Origin: Alphaproteobacteria bacterium
Lineage (GTDB): Bacteria; Pseudomonadota; Alphaproteobacteria; Rickettsiales; UBA8987
Length of the DNA stretch: 64,000 nucleotides
Direction of reading: 5' to 3'
Assembly: GCA_030429625.1 (NCBI GenBank)
Contig: JAUIFA010000003.1
Location: 108,898-172,897 of the forward strand
How positions within the stretch are numbered: the stretch's first letter is position 1; each line of letters starts with the position of its first letter. Under the pieces are notes generated by a model. That model ran no database searches. It saw only the letters and a list, made by a program, of their open reading frames with translations, and was not told where the DNA came from. A program made the position numbers and the translations under genes. This document shows positions 1-9,129 of the stretch, piece after piece.

Positions 1-4
1 TAGC

Positions 5-256
5 GTGTCCATAAAATCAGATGGTAATGTTGTAAAAGATAATAACAGTGATGATTATGGCGCACAGACCTTTTCGGTGTCCGTTGGAGATCGTTTTTAC
101 CGTTCTACAGAAGATCACAGTACAACCGCTTATACTCTGAAAACAATATCAGACAAGGTGATTGAAGTTGAATATGAATCTAGATTTAATCATCGTTCTT
201 TCGGCGATGACTTAATTACCATAGATACAGGTCTTGTTGTTTTGGAATGTCATTAG
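5..256 (+). CDS. hypothetical protein (may continue upstream of window)
   Basis: 83-aa track ORF with a GTG start 4 nt from the window edge and no in-frame stop before it. No recognisable motif. Confidence 0.3.
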   Translation: MSIKSDGNVVKDNNSDDYGAQTFSVSVGDRFYRSTEDHSTTAYTLKTISDKVIEVEYESRFNHRSFGDDLITIDTGLVVLECH

Positions 257-268
257 ACCTGTAAAACC

Positions 269-1600
269 CTAGCGTTGTACGATCAGGAAGCTGGTTAGGT
301 TTTTTTCTAGATCCTGTAAGTTTTCAGCCATAATGTTTAGCCCATGAATTTCTGCCAGACTGCGGCTGCCAATAACGGCAGTACTTTTAGGCAGTTGGCT
401 ATTGGCTAGCTCTTCAGCTACTTTTTCCGGGTTTATTAATTCACCCTCACCAATTCTTTGTTCCAAATGAGGGTATTGACGTTGCAGGTGGTTTTTGCAT
501 TGAACAAAAATCTGTGGATGCGTCATCACAGTGGTGACATCTTCGGCATTGGCCTCCGGATGGCACATCATTACGTGACACACTTCAATACTATGCTCGT
601 GAAGTACTTCAAAGCGATAGCGTGCTGCGGCCTTAATGCTATCTTTCATGCCACCTGCAGAATTGTGAACGGCAAATTGGCCAAGGTCAATGTCGCCATG
701 ATAGAGGGCATTTAGCACATTTTCTGCGGTATGTAGATACATCAACTCAAAATTCTCACTATTGGTTTCTTGGGCATATTTGCGAATAGCCTCTTCATTG
801 AAACTGCCTTTGCCACCCTGAATACCAATAACCATCCTGTCCTCTTTGATCCTTTCGGGTAGTAATTTGTTAAATATTTTGTGCAGAGATTCACCTAGCG
901 CAACTCGCATATCTTTAGTGTAGGGATTGTAGCTTTGCAAATCTGAGAAAAGCTGCCAGGAATCATTGGTCAATGCGTCGGTAATCTCGTGGAGTTTTTC
1001 TACCCATAACGTATCAATTTCAGTGGGTTGGAATTTAAAATCTTCTAATACACGCGCAAGAAAGAAAGCCAGACCTTGGCTGCGTGCGGCCATCAAATCA
1101 TGTTCTTCAGAGGTTAACTCACTTACATGCAGCTTTTTAGAGATAAAATAGTCTTTCCAAAAATCATACAGAGTATCCGGACAACGGTGATGATCCATCA
1201 TAATACGCAACCCTTCCACGCCATGCTCTTTGACACTGTCAGGCCCAAACATTGGGTGGGTAAGCAATAAGTCACAATTCTCAGGCAAATATTCGTCGTA
1301 AATTTGTTTTGGAGTTACCTTCACCGATTGCACATCCATCACCAGTGTTTTTTCATTTTTAGCCTTGAGTATGGGTAAGTGGGAAAGGAATATCTCTTTA
1401 AAAGCAGAGATTGGTACGGCATAGATGATGGTGTCGGCGCTGTTGATCCCTTCTTCCAGACCAACCCATTTGACGCCTAAAGAGGCAGCTTGTGAAGAAA
1501 AATCTTCTGGGTCATAGGCCATAACCTCATGGTTATCCCCAAGAAAATTGCCAAAAACCTGACCAAATCTACCAAAGCCAACAATAAAAATCTTTTTCAT
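269..1600 (-). CDS. tyrA: TyrA-family prephenate/arogenate dehydrogenase fused to a prephenate-dehydratase-like (PDT) domain
   Basis: N-terminal Rossmann motif IVGFGRFG and THPMFGP / SQGLAFFLAR motifs typical of TyrA (aa ~1-255). The C-terminal ~185 aa (IGIQGGKGSFNEEA ... NLTSFLIV) resembles the PDT catalytic domain. No ACT domain. Confidence 0.75.
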   Translation of the reverse strand: MKKIFIVGFGRFGQVFGNFLGDNHEVMAYDPEDFSSQAASLGVKWVGLEEGINSADTIIYAVPISAFKEIFLSHLPILKAKNEKTLVMDVQSVKVTPKQIYDEYLPENCDLLLTHPMFGPDSVKEHGVEGLRIMMDHHRCPDTLYDFWKDYFISKKLHVSELTSEEHDLMAARSQGLAFFLARVLEDFKFQPTEIDTLWVEKLHEITDALTNDSWQLFSDLQSYNPYTKDMRVALGESLHKIFNKLLPERIKEDRMVIGIQGGKGSFNEEAIRKYAQETNSENFELMYLHTAENVLNALYHGDIDLGQFAVHNSAGGMKDSIKAAARYRFEVLHEHSIEVCHVMMCHPEANAEDVTTVMTHPQIFVQCKNHLQRQYPHLEQRIGEGELINPEKVAEELANSQLPKSTAVIGSRSLAEIHGLNIMAENLQDLEKNLTSFLIVQR

Positions 1601-1695
1601 GTATTACCTTTTTCTAACAGATTTATTTATAAAGGAATTGGAGAGAGATTAAAATATTTTCTTTTAGGAATGTAGAAGAAGAGGGGAGACAACAA

Positions 1696-1726
1696 AAGAA
1701 AGGCCAGCAAAGTGCTGACCTTTCTT
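1696..1726 (-). terminator. rho-independent terminator candidate downstream of 1751-2428
   Basis: Hairpin aagaaaggccag / ctgacctttctt (12 bp, 1 mismatch, 7-nt loop). On the minus strand it is followed by TTTTGTTGT. Confidence 0.5.
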
Positions 1727-1750
1727 GTAGATAAAATATGTGCTATGGCT

Positions 1751-2428
1751 CTATAGGCCAATTCCCCCACTTTGTTCTGCAGCTTCTTTTCTTTGTGCAA
1801 GTACTGTTGCGGCACGAGAATGAGATTCAAACGTATATTCTTCACCATTAACAGTAATCTGCGCTTCAGAAGAGTTTCCACCCAAGTTAGAGATACTTCC
1901 AGCACCCTTTACGTTTACAACAGAACCAGCCTCTAAGTCACGTAAGGCTAATACACCTTCTCTCATGGCAATAGAGATATTTGCTCCGTTACTAGCACCG
2001 TCTATTTCAACTCTGCCATCAGCAGTAAGATCTATTTTAGCACCCGCACCAATATTTTCTAACTTAGCATTGCCAGATGTTTTTGCGTCCACAGAAACAT
2101 GCTTGTCTTCTCCATGACCAATGTGGTAGGCCAATATCTTTTCTGGTGCAACAAGGAATAATTCACCACTATCAATTTTACCAGCATGGATATTTCGGGA
2201 AGAAGTTGCAGTGACACTCCCACCAGTATGTTGAATTTCAATATGTTCACCTGTACAAAGAACCGGATCGGTACTCCCTTTTCCATCGAAGGTAACATCT
2301 TTATCCGGTGAGTGCTGTACTGCATTACCAGTTTCTGCCATAATAACGGTATAACCGTTTGTAGGATAACCCTCCGCAGCCCTAATAGCCTCAAGAATCT
2401 TTACAATTTCTTGTCCTTCATTACTCAT
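1751..2428 (-). CDS. hypothetical repeat-rich protein, paralog 1 (possible beta-helix)
   Basis: Track ORF 1751-2461. The ATG at 2428 is preferred because AAGGAG lies 8 nt upstream. C-terminal half shows ~18-aa G/N/V/I periodic motifs (NAKLENIGAGAKIDLTADGRVEIDGASNGANISI...). Paralogous to 2516-3145. Confidence 0.55.
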   Translation of the reverse strand: MSNEGQEIVKILEAIRAAEGYPTNGYTVIMAETGNAVQHSPDKDVTFDGKGSTDPVLCTGEHIEIQHTGGSVTATSSRNIHAGKIDSGELFLVAPEKILAYHIGHGEDKHVSVDAKTSGNAKLENIGAGAKIDLTADGRVEIDGASNGANISIAMREGVLALRDLEAGSVVNVKGAGSISNLGGNSSEAQITVNGEEYTFESHSRAATVLAQRKEAAEQSGGIGL

Positions 2429-2515
2429 ATCATGTTCTCCTTTTAGACTGAATGGCGACATCCTATCACGGATTAATTAACAAAACGTTAAAGGAATTAA
2501 ATTTTATTTTAATAA

Positions 2516-3145
2516 TTATCGGCTTGGCTCTTGCCCTTGATCAGAGCCTTGTTCTTGTGCCTCTTGGGTGTACCTACCATAGATTGGCTTTTCACTGCTT
2601 ACAGTCAGCGCTTTTGGATGCACTTCTCCCAAATCATTTACCTGCCCAGCATTAACAATTGTGACGTTTGCGCCTTCTTCCACGTGACCTATGGAAACTT
2701 CACCGCCCATACTTCGAATGGTTATGTTTGCACCAGCAGGCACATGTTCTATTTTAGCATTTCTGCCGACAAGTACTTCCATATCAACATTGTTGCCAAC
2801 ACTGTATACTTCAAGATTACCCATTGTTTCTGCTTTTATACTGACCCTTTCTTCACTTTGTTCTGCAGGGTTGTGCGGACTATTGCCAATATACATAGCA
2901 ACAATATCTTCATTGGCAAGAATTTTCAGATCACTTCCGCCATGGAGATAAGCCAGATGAACCCTTTTAGGAGCGTCTATCACTAATTTTCCTTGAAAAC
3001 CTTCAATTCCAACCACAGGCTCGTTACTACGCATAATGATTGTATCATCCTCAGCTTTTATTTGTAGGCCATCTCTTGGAACACCTTCAAAGTAGGATTT
3101 TACCTCTTCTTTTAATTCACTGTCTCTTATTGGCTGACTGCTCAT
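2516..3145 (-). CDS. hypothetical repeat-rich protein, paralog 2 (possible beta-helix)
   Basis: Track ORF 2516-3184. The ATG at 3145 is preceded by AAGGAG 7 nt upstream. Same architecture as 1751-2428 (LAYLHGG..., NAKIEHVPAGANITIRSMGGEVSIGHVEEGANVTIVNAG). Confidence 0.55.
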   Translation of the reverse strand: MSSQPIRDSELKEEVKSYFEGVPRDGLQIKAEDDTIIMRSNEPVVGIEGFQGKLVIDAPKRVHLAYLHGGSDLKILANEDIVAMYIGNSPHNPAEQSEERVSIKAETMGNLEVYSVGNNVDMEVLVGRNAKIEHVPAGANITIRSMGGEVSIGHVEEGANVTIVNAGQVNDLGEVHPKALTVSSEKPIYGRYTQEAQEQGSDQGQEPSR

Positions 3146-3214
3146 AATTATCTCCTTATCTGTAAGATAGGGGAATAGTAGCACATCTTTGTTAAGAAAT
3201 AGTTAAGAGGGGTG

Positions 3215-3985
3215 TTAATAATAATCATAATAATCAGGATAGAATTCTTTCCCCGGATCGTAGTTGTTTCTTTGTTCTTCAGTAAGAGAATCAGAATAAT
3301 AATCCCGCATTTGGTCTGCATCCCCTTCAAAAGTGTTCAGGGGCTTATAGATGGTGTCATTCTCATAATAATAAATGACCTCCCCCTCATTGTTTTCTAT
3401 GGGAGCATATTCTTTGACAGCGGGGTCATAGCCTTTGATGTTAGCATAAGCATCGTCATTATCAACATACCCATCTTCCGTATACACATCTTCATCATAG
3501 ACAGAAAGGAGGTCGTCATAGGGTGAGTAACTATCTTCTTTTGGGCGGGCATAAAATTTTCCACCTTCATAATAATAGCCTGTGTCGTTATCATGAATTT
3601 TTCCTTCCTCTGGATTGGCATATTCTTCGGTTTCATACACTTCAAGATCATCATAATAATAATAATCCTCCGAAGGAGAGGGAGTGTTTACCGGTTCTCT
3701 TTTTTCCGGCAGTTGCTGTGGTTTGAATTTTTGTGTTGGATTTTGGGCTTTATACTTCCCTCTGTTATAATAAGTGTCATTATCTAAAGGTTGAGTGTCT
3801 TGATAGTAAATATCGTCATAAACCGATAGCAGTTCATCGCTATCATATTGCTGTGCCTGAGCATTATGAACAGACAAAAAAACAATAAGGCATATTATCA
3901 ATGCCTTATATGTTCTTGATCCAAACGATATGTAATTCTTTTTATAGTAATAAGACATAATAAAATATAACTGTGACCCCCGCAC
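3215..3985 (-). CDS. secreted Tyr/Asp/Glu-rich low-complexity protein
   Basis: Signal-peptide-like N-terminus (KALIICLIVFLSVHNAQA|QQ). Mature part is dominated by Y, D and E (YYYYDD, DYYDYY; repeated DELLSVYDDIYY / DDLLSVYDEDVY). Start is uncertain: GTG at 3985 or ATG at 3958. Confidence 0.6.
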   Translation of the reverse strand: MRGSQLYFIMSYYYKKNYISFGSRTYKALIICLIVFLSVHNAQAQQYDSDELLSVYDDIYYQDTQPLDNDTYYNRGKYKAQNPTQKFKPQQLPEKREPVNTPSPSEDYYYYDDLEVYETEEYANPEEGKIHDNDTGYYYEGGKFYARPKEDSYSPYDDLLSVYDEDVYTEDGYVDNDDAYANIKGYDPAVKEYAPIENNEGEVIYYYENDTIYKPLNTFEGDADQMRDYYSDSLTEEQRNNYDPGKEFYPDYYDYY

Positions 3986-4125
3986 TATATATCATAGGTA
4001 GATATATAACAGAAAAAAGATTATGTTCCCATCATTTTATACATAAAAATGTTGAGTTGTACGTAGTTGTAGGGCATAAATATTTCTAAATATAGATATA
4101 TTCCTAAAAGGCAAAATTTAAATTC

Positions 4126-6129
4126 ATGTCGGACGATTTATTCGCAAATATTGAGACAATCAAATCTGATACCGCAAAAGATAATGATAACTACACGGCT
4201 GATTCTATCGAGGTTCTTGAAGGGTTAGAGCCGGTGCGTCGTCGTCCGGGTATGTACATTGGTGGGACGGATGAATCTGCCATGCACCATTTGGTCAATG
4301 AAGTGTTTGATAATTCTATGGACGAAGCAGTGGCGGGGTTTGCCACGCGCATAGAATTAGATCTGTCTGCTGATGGGGTGGTCACTATCCATGATAATGG
4401 TAGAGGTATCCCAATTGACCCGCATCCCAAATACCCCAATAAATCTGCATTAGAAGTGATTCTAACTACATTGCATTCTGGCGGTAAATTTAGTGGCAAG
4501 GTCTATGAAACATCCGGTGGATTGCATGGGGTGGGGATCTCTGTGGTTAATGCGCTCTCAGAACACACTGTCATTGAGGTGGTAAAACATAAAAAACTTT
4601 GGAAGCAGGAATTTGCAAAGGGTGTCGCCATTACACCATTGCAAGATTTAGGTGCGATGACCAACCGCAAAGGAACCACAATCTCTTTTAAGCCAGACAG
4701 AGAAATATTTGGTGAGAAATGCCGTTTCAGGCCGGGCAAACTTTATAATTTTGCTAAGTCAAAAGCCTATTTGTTTAAAGGCGTAGAGGTGCGCTGGTCG
4801 TGCGACATCGCTTTGCTCGATGGAAGAACCGATGTTCCAGAGAAAGAAACCATCCATTTTCCTAACGGGATTGAAGATTTTTTGTCTGTATCGTTGGAGA
4901 AAAAACCCACCATCACGCAAAAAGCTTTTGTCGGAGAAGCAAATCTGGCAGAGAATATGGGGCGGGTTGAATGGGCAATTTCATGGACAAATGCCATGGA
5001 TGGTTTTGCGCACTCCTATTGTAATACGGTACCTACACCACAGGGTGGAACGCATGAGGCAGGTTTCCGTTCAGCATTGCTAAAAGGTCTGAAAGACTAT
5101 GGTGAGGCCGCAGGCGTCAAGAAAGTTTCACAGGTTACCGGAGACGACCTTATGGGACAAGCCTGTCAGATTTTATCACTTTTTTATAAAGACCCAGAAT
5201 TTCAAGGGCAAACAAAAGACAGATTAAACAGTGTCAAAGCCAGTAGGCTGGTTGAAAATGCCGTGCGAGATCATTTTGATAACTGGCTTGGCGGCAATCC
5301 TGATGAAGCCAATGCGTTGGTTGAGTTTGTGGTGGCGCGTAGTCAGGAACGTATCAATAAGCGAGTGCAAAAAGAGGTCAGCCGTAAGAATATTATCCAG
5401 AAGCTTCGTTTGCCTGGGAAATTAACTGATTGTACGCAGCAAGATGCTGAGGGCACAGAGATTTATTTGGTGGAGGGTGATTCGGCGGGTGGTTCGGCAA
5501 AACAGGCGCGTGATAGGAAGACTCAGGCGGTTTTGCCTCTGCGTGGTAAAATTCTTAACGTTGCCAGCGCCACAAACGATAAAATTCATGCCAATCAGGA
5601 AATTAAGGACATGCAGCTGGCTTTTGGTTGTGGTACGGGAAGTAATTATCGTGAAGAGGATTTGCGTTACGATAGGGTGATTATTATGACGGATGCGGAC
5701 GTTGATGGTGCGCATATTGCGGCATTGCTTATGACATATTTTTATCAAGAGATGCCTGCTTTGGTTCGCAACGGCCATTTGTATCTTGCACAGCCGCCAT
5801 TGTTCCGTATCAAACAAGGTGCAAACAGCTATTATGCCATGAATGAAACTGAACGGGATAATATTGTCGCTGGATTACCAAAAAATAAAGGTTCTATTGA
5901 TGTGGGGCGCTTTAAAGGTTTGGGTGAGATGACACCGGCGCAGTTGAAAGAAACAACCATGAATCCAACAACCCGTACATTACTGCGAGTAGAAATAGTT
6001 AGCGGAGAAGAGTTTGCCGATGAGCGTGTGGAACATTTGATGGGAAAAAATCCAGAACATCGCTTCAACTTTATCAAAGAACAGTCTGAATTACGTAAAG
6101 AAGAATTGGCCAACGCATTGGACGTTTAG
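4126..6129 (+). CDS. parE: DNA topoisomerase IV subunit B
   Basis: 667 aa. Contains the GHKL ATPase N-terminus (LEGLEPVRRRPGMYIGGTD, HHLVNEVFDNSMDEA), a Toprim region (EIYLVEGDSAGGSAKQARDR) and IMTDADVDGAHI. Length and motifs fit alphaproteobacterial ParE rather than the ~800-aa GyrB. Confidence 0.85.
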   Translation: MSDDLFANIETIKSDTAKDNDNYTADSIEVLEGLEPVRRRPGMYIGGTDESAMHHLVNEVFDNSMDEAVAGFATRIELDLSADGVVTIHDNGRGIPIDPHPKYPNKSALEVILTTLHSGGKFSGKVYETSGGLHGVGISVVNALSEHTVIEVVKHKKLWKQEFAKGVAITPLQDLGAMTNRKGTTISFKPDREIFGEKCRFRPGKLYNFAKSKAYLFKGVEVRWSCDIALLDGRTDVPEKETIHFPNGIEDFLSVSLEKKPTITQKAFVGEANLAENMGRVEWAISWTNAMDGFAHSYCNTVPTPQGGTHEAGFRSALLKGLKDYGEAAGVKKVSQVTGDDLMGQACQILSLFYKDPEFQGQTKDRLNSVKASRLVENAVRDHFDNWLGGNPDEANALVEFVVARSQERINKRVQKEVSRKNIIQKLRLPGKLTDCTQQDAEGTEIYLVEGDSAGGSAKQARDRKTQAVLPLRGKILNVASATNDKIHANQEIKDMQLAFGCGTGSNYREEDLRYDRVIIMTDADVDGAHIAALLMTYFYQEMPALVRNGHLYLAQPPLFRIKQGANSYYAMNETERDNIVAGLPKNKGSIDVGRFKGLGEMTPAQLKETTMNPTTRTLLRVEIVSGEEFADERVEHLMGKNPEHRFNFIKEQSELRKEELANALDV

Positions 6130-6151
6130 CTGTTTAAGAACATAAAAAAAA

Positions 6152-6181
6152 CCACGGTGCAATCAAACACCGTGGTTTTTT
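6152..6181. terminator. bidirectional rho-independent terminator between parE and rpsT
   Basis: Perfect 8-bp stem ccacggtg / caccgtgg with an 8-nt loop. An A-run lies upstream and a T-run downstream, between convergent genes. Confidence 0.7.
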
Positions 6182-6202
6182 ATTTTTCTCTTTTAAAGAA
6201 AG

Positions 6203-6628
6203 TTATTTCTTCTTTGCAGCAGCTTTCTTTTCAGTAGTGGCTTTAGTTGCAGGCTTTTTTGCTGAGGTTTTAGCTTTGGTCGCAGTTTTAGCTGCCGGTT
6301 TTTTAGCTGCAGGCTTTGCTGCTGCTTTGGCAGTGTCTTTCTTTGCAACTGTTTTCTTTGCAGAACCCGCAATGGATTTAATTGCCGCATTAAGGCGTTT
6401 TACTTTACGAGACGCTGTTTCTTTTTTGATTACACCAGCTTTGGCCGCGCGGAATAACTTACTTTGCGCGTTTTCTAAAGCTTCATTTGCCGCTGTCGCG
6501 TCATTTTCTTCAATAGCGCTGATTACTTTTTTAACGCTATTTTTCATTTGAGTACGACGAAAAATGTTGTCCTCTGTACGTTTTGCAATTTGGCGTATGC
6601 TCTTTTTTGTAGCTGAATGATGTGCCAT
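6203..6628 (-). CDS. rpsT: 30S ribosomal protein S20 with Lys/Ala/Pro-rich C-terminal extension
   Basis: N-terminal ~88 aa match S20 (MAHHSATKKSIRQ...ASRKVKRLNAAIK). It is followed by a ~53-aa AKKPAAK-type tail. Confidence 0.9.
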   Translation of the reverse strand: MAHHSATKKSIRQIAKRTEDNIFRRTQMKNSVKKVISAIEENDATAANEALENAQSKLFRAAKAGVIKKETASRKVKRLNAAIKSIAGSAKKTVAKKDTAKAAAKPAAKKPAAKTATKAKTSAKKPATKATTEKKAAAKKK

Positions 6629-6710
6629 AAATATCTCTATCTTAAATAATATTTTTAAATTGGGTGGGTACTAATATATTCCCTGTGCTTTATAGTCAAG
6701 TGTTTTTCAC

Positions 6711-8969
6711 CTAATCAGAGGAAAATTCTACCGCGCCAATGGCCGCAAGATTTAATATGTCGGAAACCGAAGAATTCATTGGAACAATTTGCGCTGGTTT
6801 TTCCAGTCCGAGCAAGATCGGGCCAATAATAGTACCGCCGCCAAGTTCTTGAATCAGTTTGGCTGAGATGTTTGATGCGTTCAGGCTTGGCATAATCAAA
6901 ATATTGGCAGGCTCGGTGAGGCGGCAGAACGGATAAAGCTTCATTAAATCCTTATTCAGAGCCACGTCTGGGGTCATTTCCCCATCGTATTCAAAATCAA
7001 CCTTCATGCCATCGAGAATTTCTACCGCATCACGGATGCTTTCCGTATTTTTATGAGGTGGATTACCAAAATTAGAAAAGGCCAACATGGCAAGGTGAGG
7101 AACATGTCCCATTTTACGGGCAAAATGAGCTGCCTGAATAGCAATTTTTGCCAATTCTTCAGGGCTGGGTGCAGGATTGGTGGAGGTGTCGGCTATAAAT
7201 ACAGTCTTTTTATTACGGGCAATAACCATAGACACACCGCAGATTCGTTGTTCGTTCTTAGTGCCAATAATGCTCATAATGCTACGCAAGGATTTGTTAT
7301 AACTACGGGTCATGCCGGTAATTAACGCATCAGCATCCCCACAGGCAAGCATGCAAGCAGCAAAACTATTACGATCATTTTTTACCAAACGCACACAATC
7401 ACGGTGTAAATAGCCTTTGCGTTGCAATCTGTTATACATAAAGTCAATATATTTACCGTTTTTATCTGTCTTCGCGGCATTGACAATTTCAATACCTTTC
7501 ATGTCAGAAATGGCAAGCTTGTCCAAATGTTTTTGAACATGATCTTCCCGCCCAACAAGGACAGCACTTCCATAACCGCTATCACGCCATTGTATGGCTG
7601 CACGAACCACATTTTCTTCTTCGCCCTCAGAAAAGACCATCTTTTTAGGATGTGCACGCAATTGTTTGTAAATCATACTCAGCTTGTTGGCTGTTGGATT
7701 CAAACGCGCAGCAAGATCTTGTTTGTAGGCCTCAATGTCTTTAATAGGCAGTTTGGCCACACCAGACTCTTCTGCTGCTTTGGCCACCGCCGCAGGAATT
7801 GCCTGAATTAAGCGGGGATCAAACGGTGAAGGAATAATATATTCAGGGCCAAATTCTAAGGCTTTATTACCATAGGCAACGGCCACTTCTTCCGGCACAG
7901 ATTCACGAGCCAGCTCCGCTAAAGCATGCGCAGCCGCAATCTTCATTTCTTCATTAATGGAGGTGGCGTGACAATCCAATGCACCACGGAAAATATAAGG
8001 GAAGCCAAGTACATTGTTTACCTGATTGGGATAATCAGAACGTCCCGTTGCCACAATAGCATCGTCCCGTACTTCTTTTACCTCTTCTGGCGTAATTTCC
8101 GGATCAGGGTTGGCCATGGCAAAGATAATTGGGTTTGGAGCCATGGTAGCCACCATCTCTTTCGAAACCGCGCCACGGCCTGCCAACCCATAAAATACGT
8201 CGGCATTTTTCATTGCATCTTCTAAAGTGCGGCAGTCAGTTTCGCAGGCATATTGGTCTTTCCATTGGTTCATGCCTTCCGTCCGGCCTTTGTAGATCAC
8301 GCCATTACGGTCAACCAGCATGGCATTGGTGATGCCCATGGATTTAGCCAGAGCCAAACATGCAATTCCGGCTGAACCCGCACCCAATACTACCATTTTC
8401 ATGTCTTCAAGTTTTTTACCAGACAGATGTGCGGCATTGATCAGCCCTGCGGCGGTTACAATTGCTGTGCCGTGTTGGTCGTCATGGAAAACCGGAATAT
8501 CCATCACTTCTTTGAGTTTGTCTTCAATGATAAAACAATCCGGCGCTTTGATGTCCTCAAGATTGATTCCGCCCCAGCTTGGGCCAAGATATTTGACCGC
8601 GTTGATAAATTCGTCCGTATCTTCTGTATCCACTTCAATATCAATGGCATCAATGTCTGCAAAGCGCTTAAACAAAACCGCTTTACCTTCCATTACGGGC
8701 TTGGAGGCCAAAGCGCCCAAATTACCAAGACCAAGTACGGCTGTTCCATTAGAAATTACTGCTACAAAATTACCCTTCGCCGTATATTCGTAGGCGGTTT
8801 CCGGATCTCTTTCAATTTCCAGACATGGGGCGGCTACACCAGGAGAATAGGCCAGTGCTAAGTCACGTTGGGTCAGAAGAGGTTTGGTCGCGCTAATAGA
8901 GACTTTACCTTTTCGCCCTTCTCTGTGAAATTCGAGTGCTTCCTGATTTTTATACGTATTTTCAGTCAT
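6711..8969 (-). CDS. maeB: NADP-dependent malic enzyme (malic enzyme + PTA-like domain)
   Basis: 752 aa. N-terminal malic-enzyme motifs (DLALAYSPGVA, FHDDQHGTAIV, GAGSAG) and a C-terminal phosphate-acetyltransferase-like domain. Confidence 0.9.
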   Translation of the reverse strand: MTENTYKNQEALEFHREGRKGKVSISATKPLLTQRDLALAYSPGVAAPCLEIERDPETAYEYTAKGNFVAVISNGTAVLGLGNLGALASKPVMEGKAVLFKRFADIDAIDIEVDTEDTDEFINAVKYLGPSWGGINLEDIKAPDCFIIEDKLKEVMDIPVFHDDQHGTAIVTAAGLINAAHLSGKKLEDMKMVVLGAGSAGIACLALAKSMGITNAMLVDRNGVIYKGRTEGMNQWKDQYACETDCRTLEDAMKNADVFYGLAGRGAVSKEMVATMAPNPIIFAMANPDPEITPEEVKEVRDDAIVATGRSDYPNQVNNVLGFPYIFRGALDCHATSINEEMKIAAAHALAELARESVPEEVAVAYGNKALEFGPEYIIPSPFDPRLIQAIPAAVAKAAEESGVAKLPIKDIEAYKQDLAARLNPTANKLSMIYKQLRAHPKKMVFSEGEEENVVRAAIQWRDSGYGSAVLVGREDHVQKHLDKLAISDMKGIEIVNAAKTDKNGKYIDFMYNRLQRKGYLHRDCVRLVKNDRNSFAACMLACGDADALITGMTRSYNKSLRSIMSIIGTKNEQRICGVSMVIARNKKTVFIADTSTNPAPSPEELAKIAIQAAHFARKMGHVPHLAMLAFSNFGNPPHKNTESIRDAVEILDGMKVDFEYDGEMTPDVALNKDLMKLYPFCRLTEPANILIMPSLNASNISAKLIQELGGGTIIGPILLGLEKPAQIVPMNSSVSDILNLAAIGAVEFSSD

Positions 8970-9129
8970 ATATATAATCTATAAAAAGTTGCGATGTTAA
9001 GTAGGGTTAAATTGCTGCAATGCAATAATTTTTTCAATTTTAAAGTGCTGTGCAATGTAACATCAAACTTCAGATGAGTCAAAAAGTTTTAGAGTTATCG
9101 AAATTAAAAAGTATTTTGCAATAGTAGGT

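Noticed and set aside
1751-3145. Annotating the two repeat-rich paralogs as bactofilins
   Set aside because: The ~18-aa periodicity is suggestive. However, I cannot align the DUF583 core convincingly by eye, and the proteins have a long non-bactofilin N-terminal half. They are left as hypothetical pending profile or structure searches.
4126-6129. Calling this type IIA topoisomerase B subunit gyrB
   Set aside because: At 667 aa it lacks the ~170-aa insertion of proteobacterial GyrB, and the LEGLEPVRRRPGMYIGGTD-type N-terminus fits ParE. A phylogeny would settle it.
6237-6551. Antisense low-complexity ORFs: 6237-6551 and 6193-6390 opposite or overlapping rpsT, 51551-51908 opposite popZ, and 3212-3787 opposite the Tyr-rich gene
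   Set aside because: These are mirror-frame artefacts of biased-composition coding regions. The sense-strand genes carry the recognisable family motifs.
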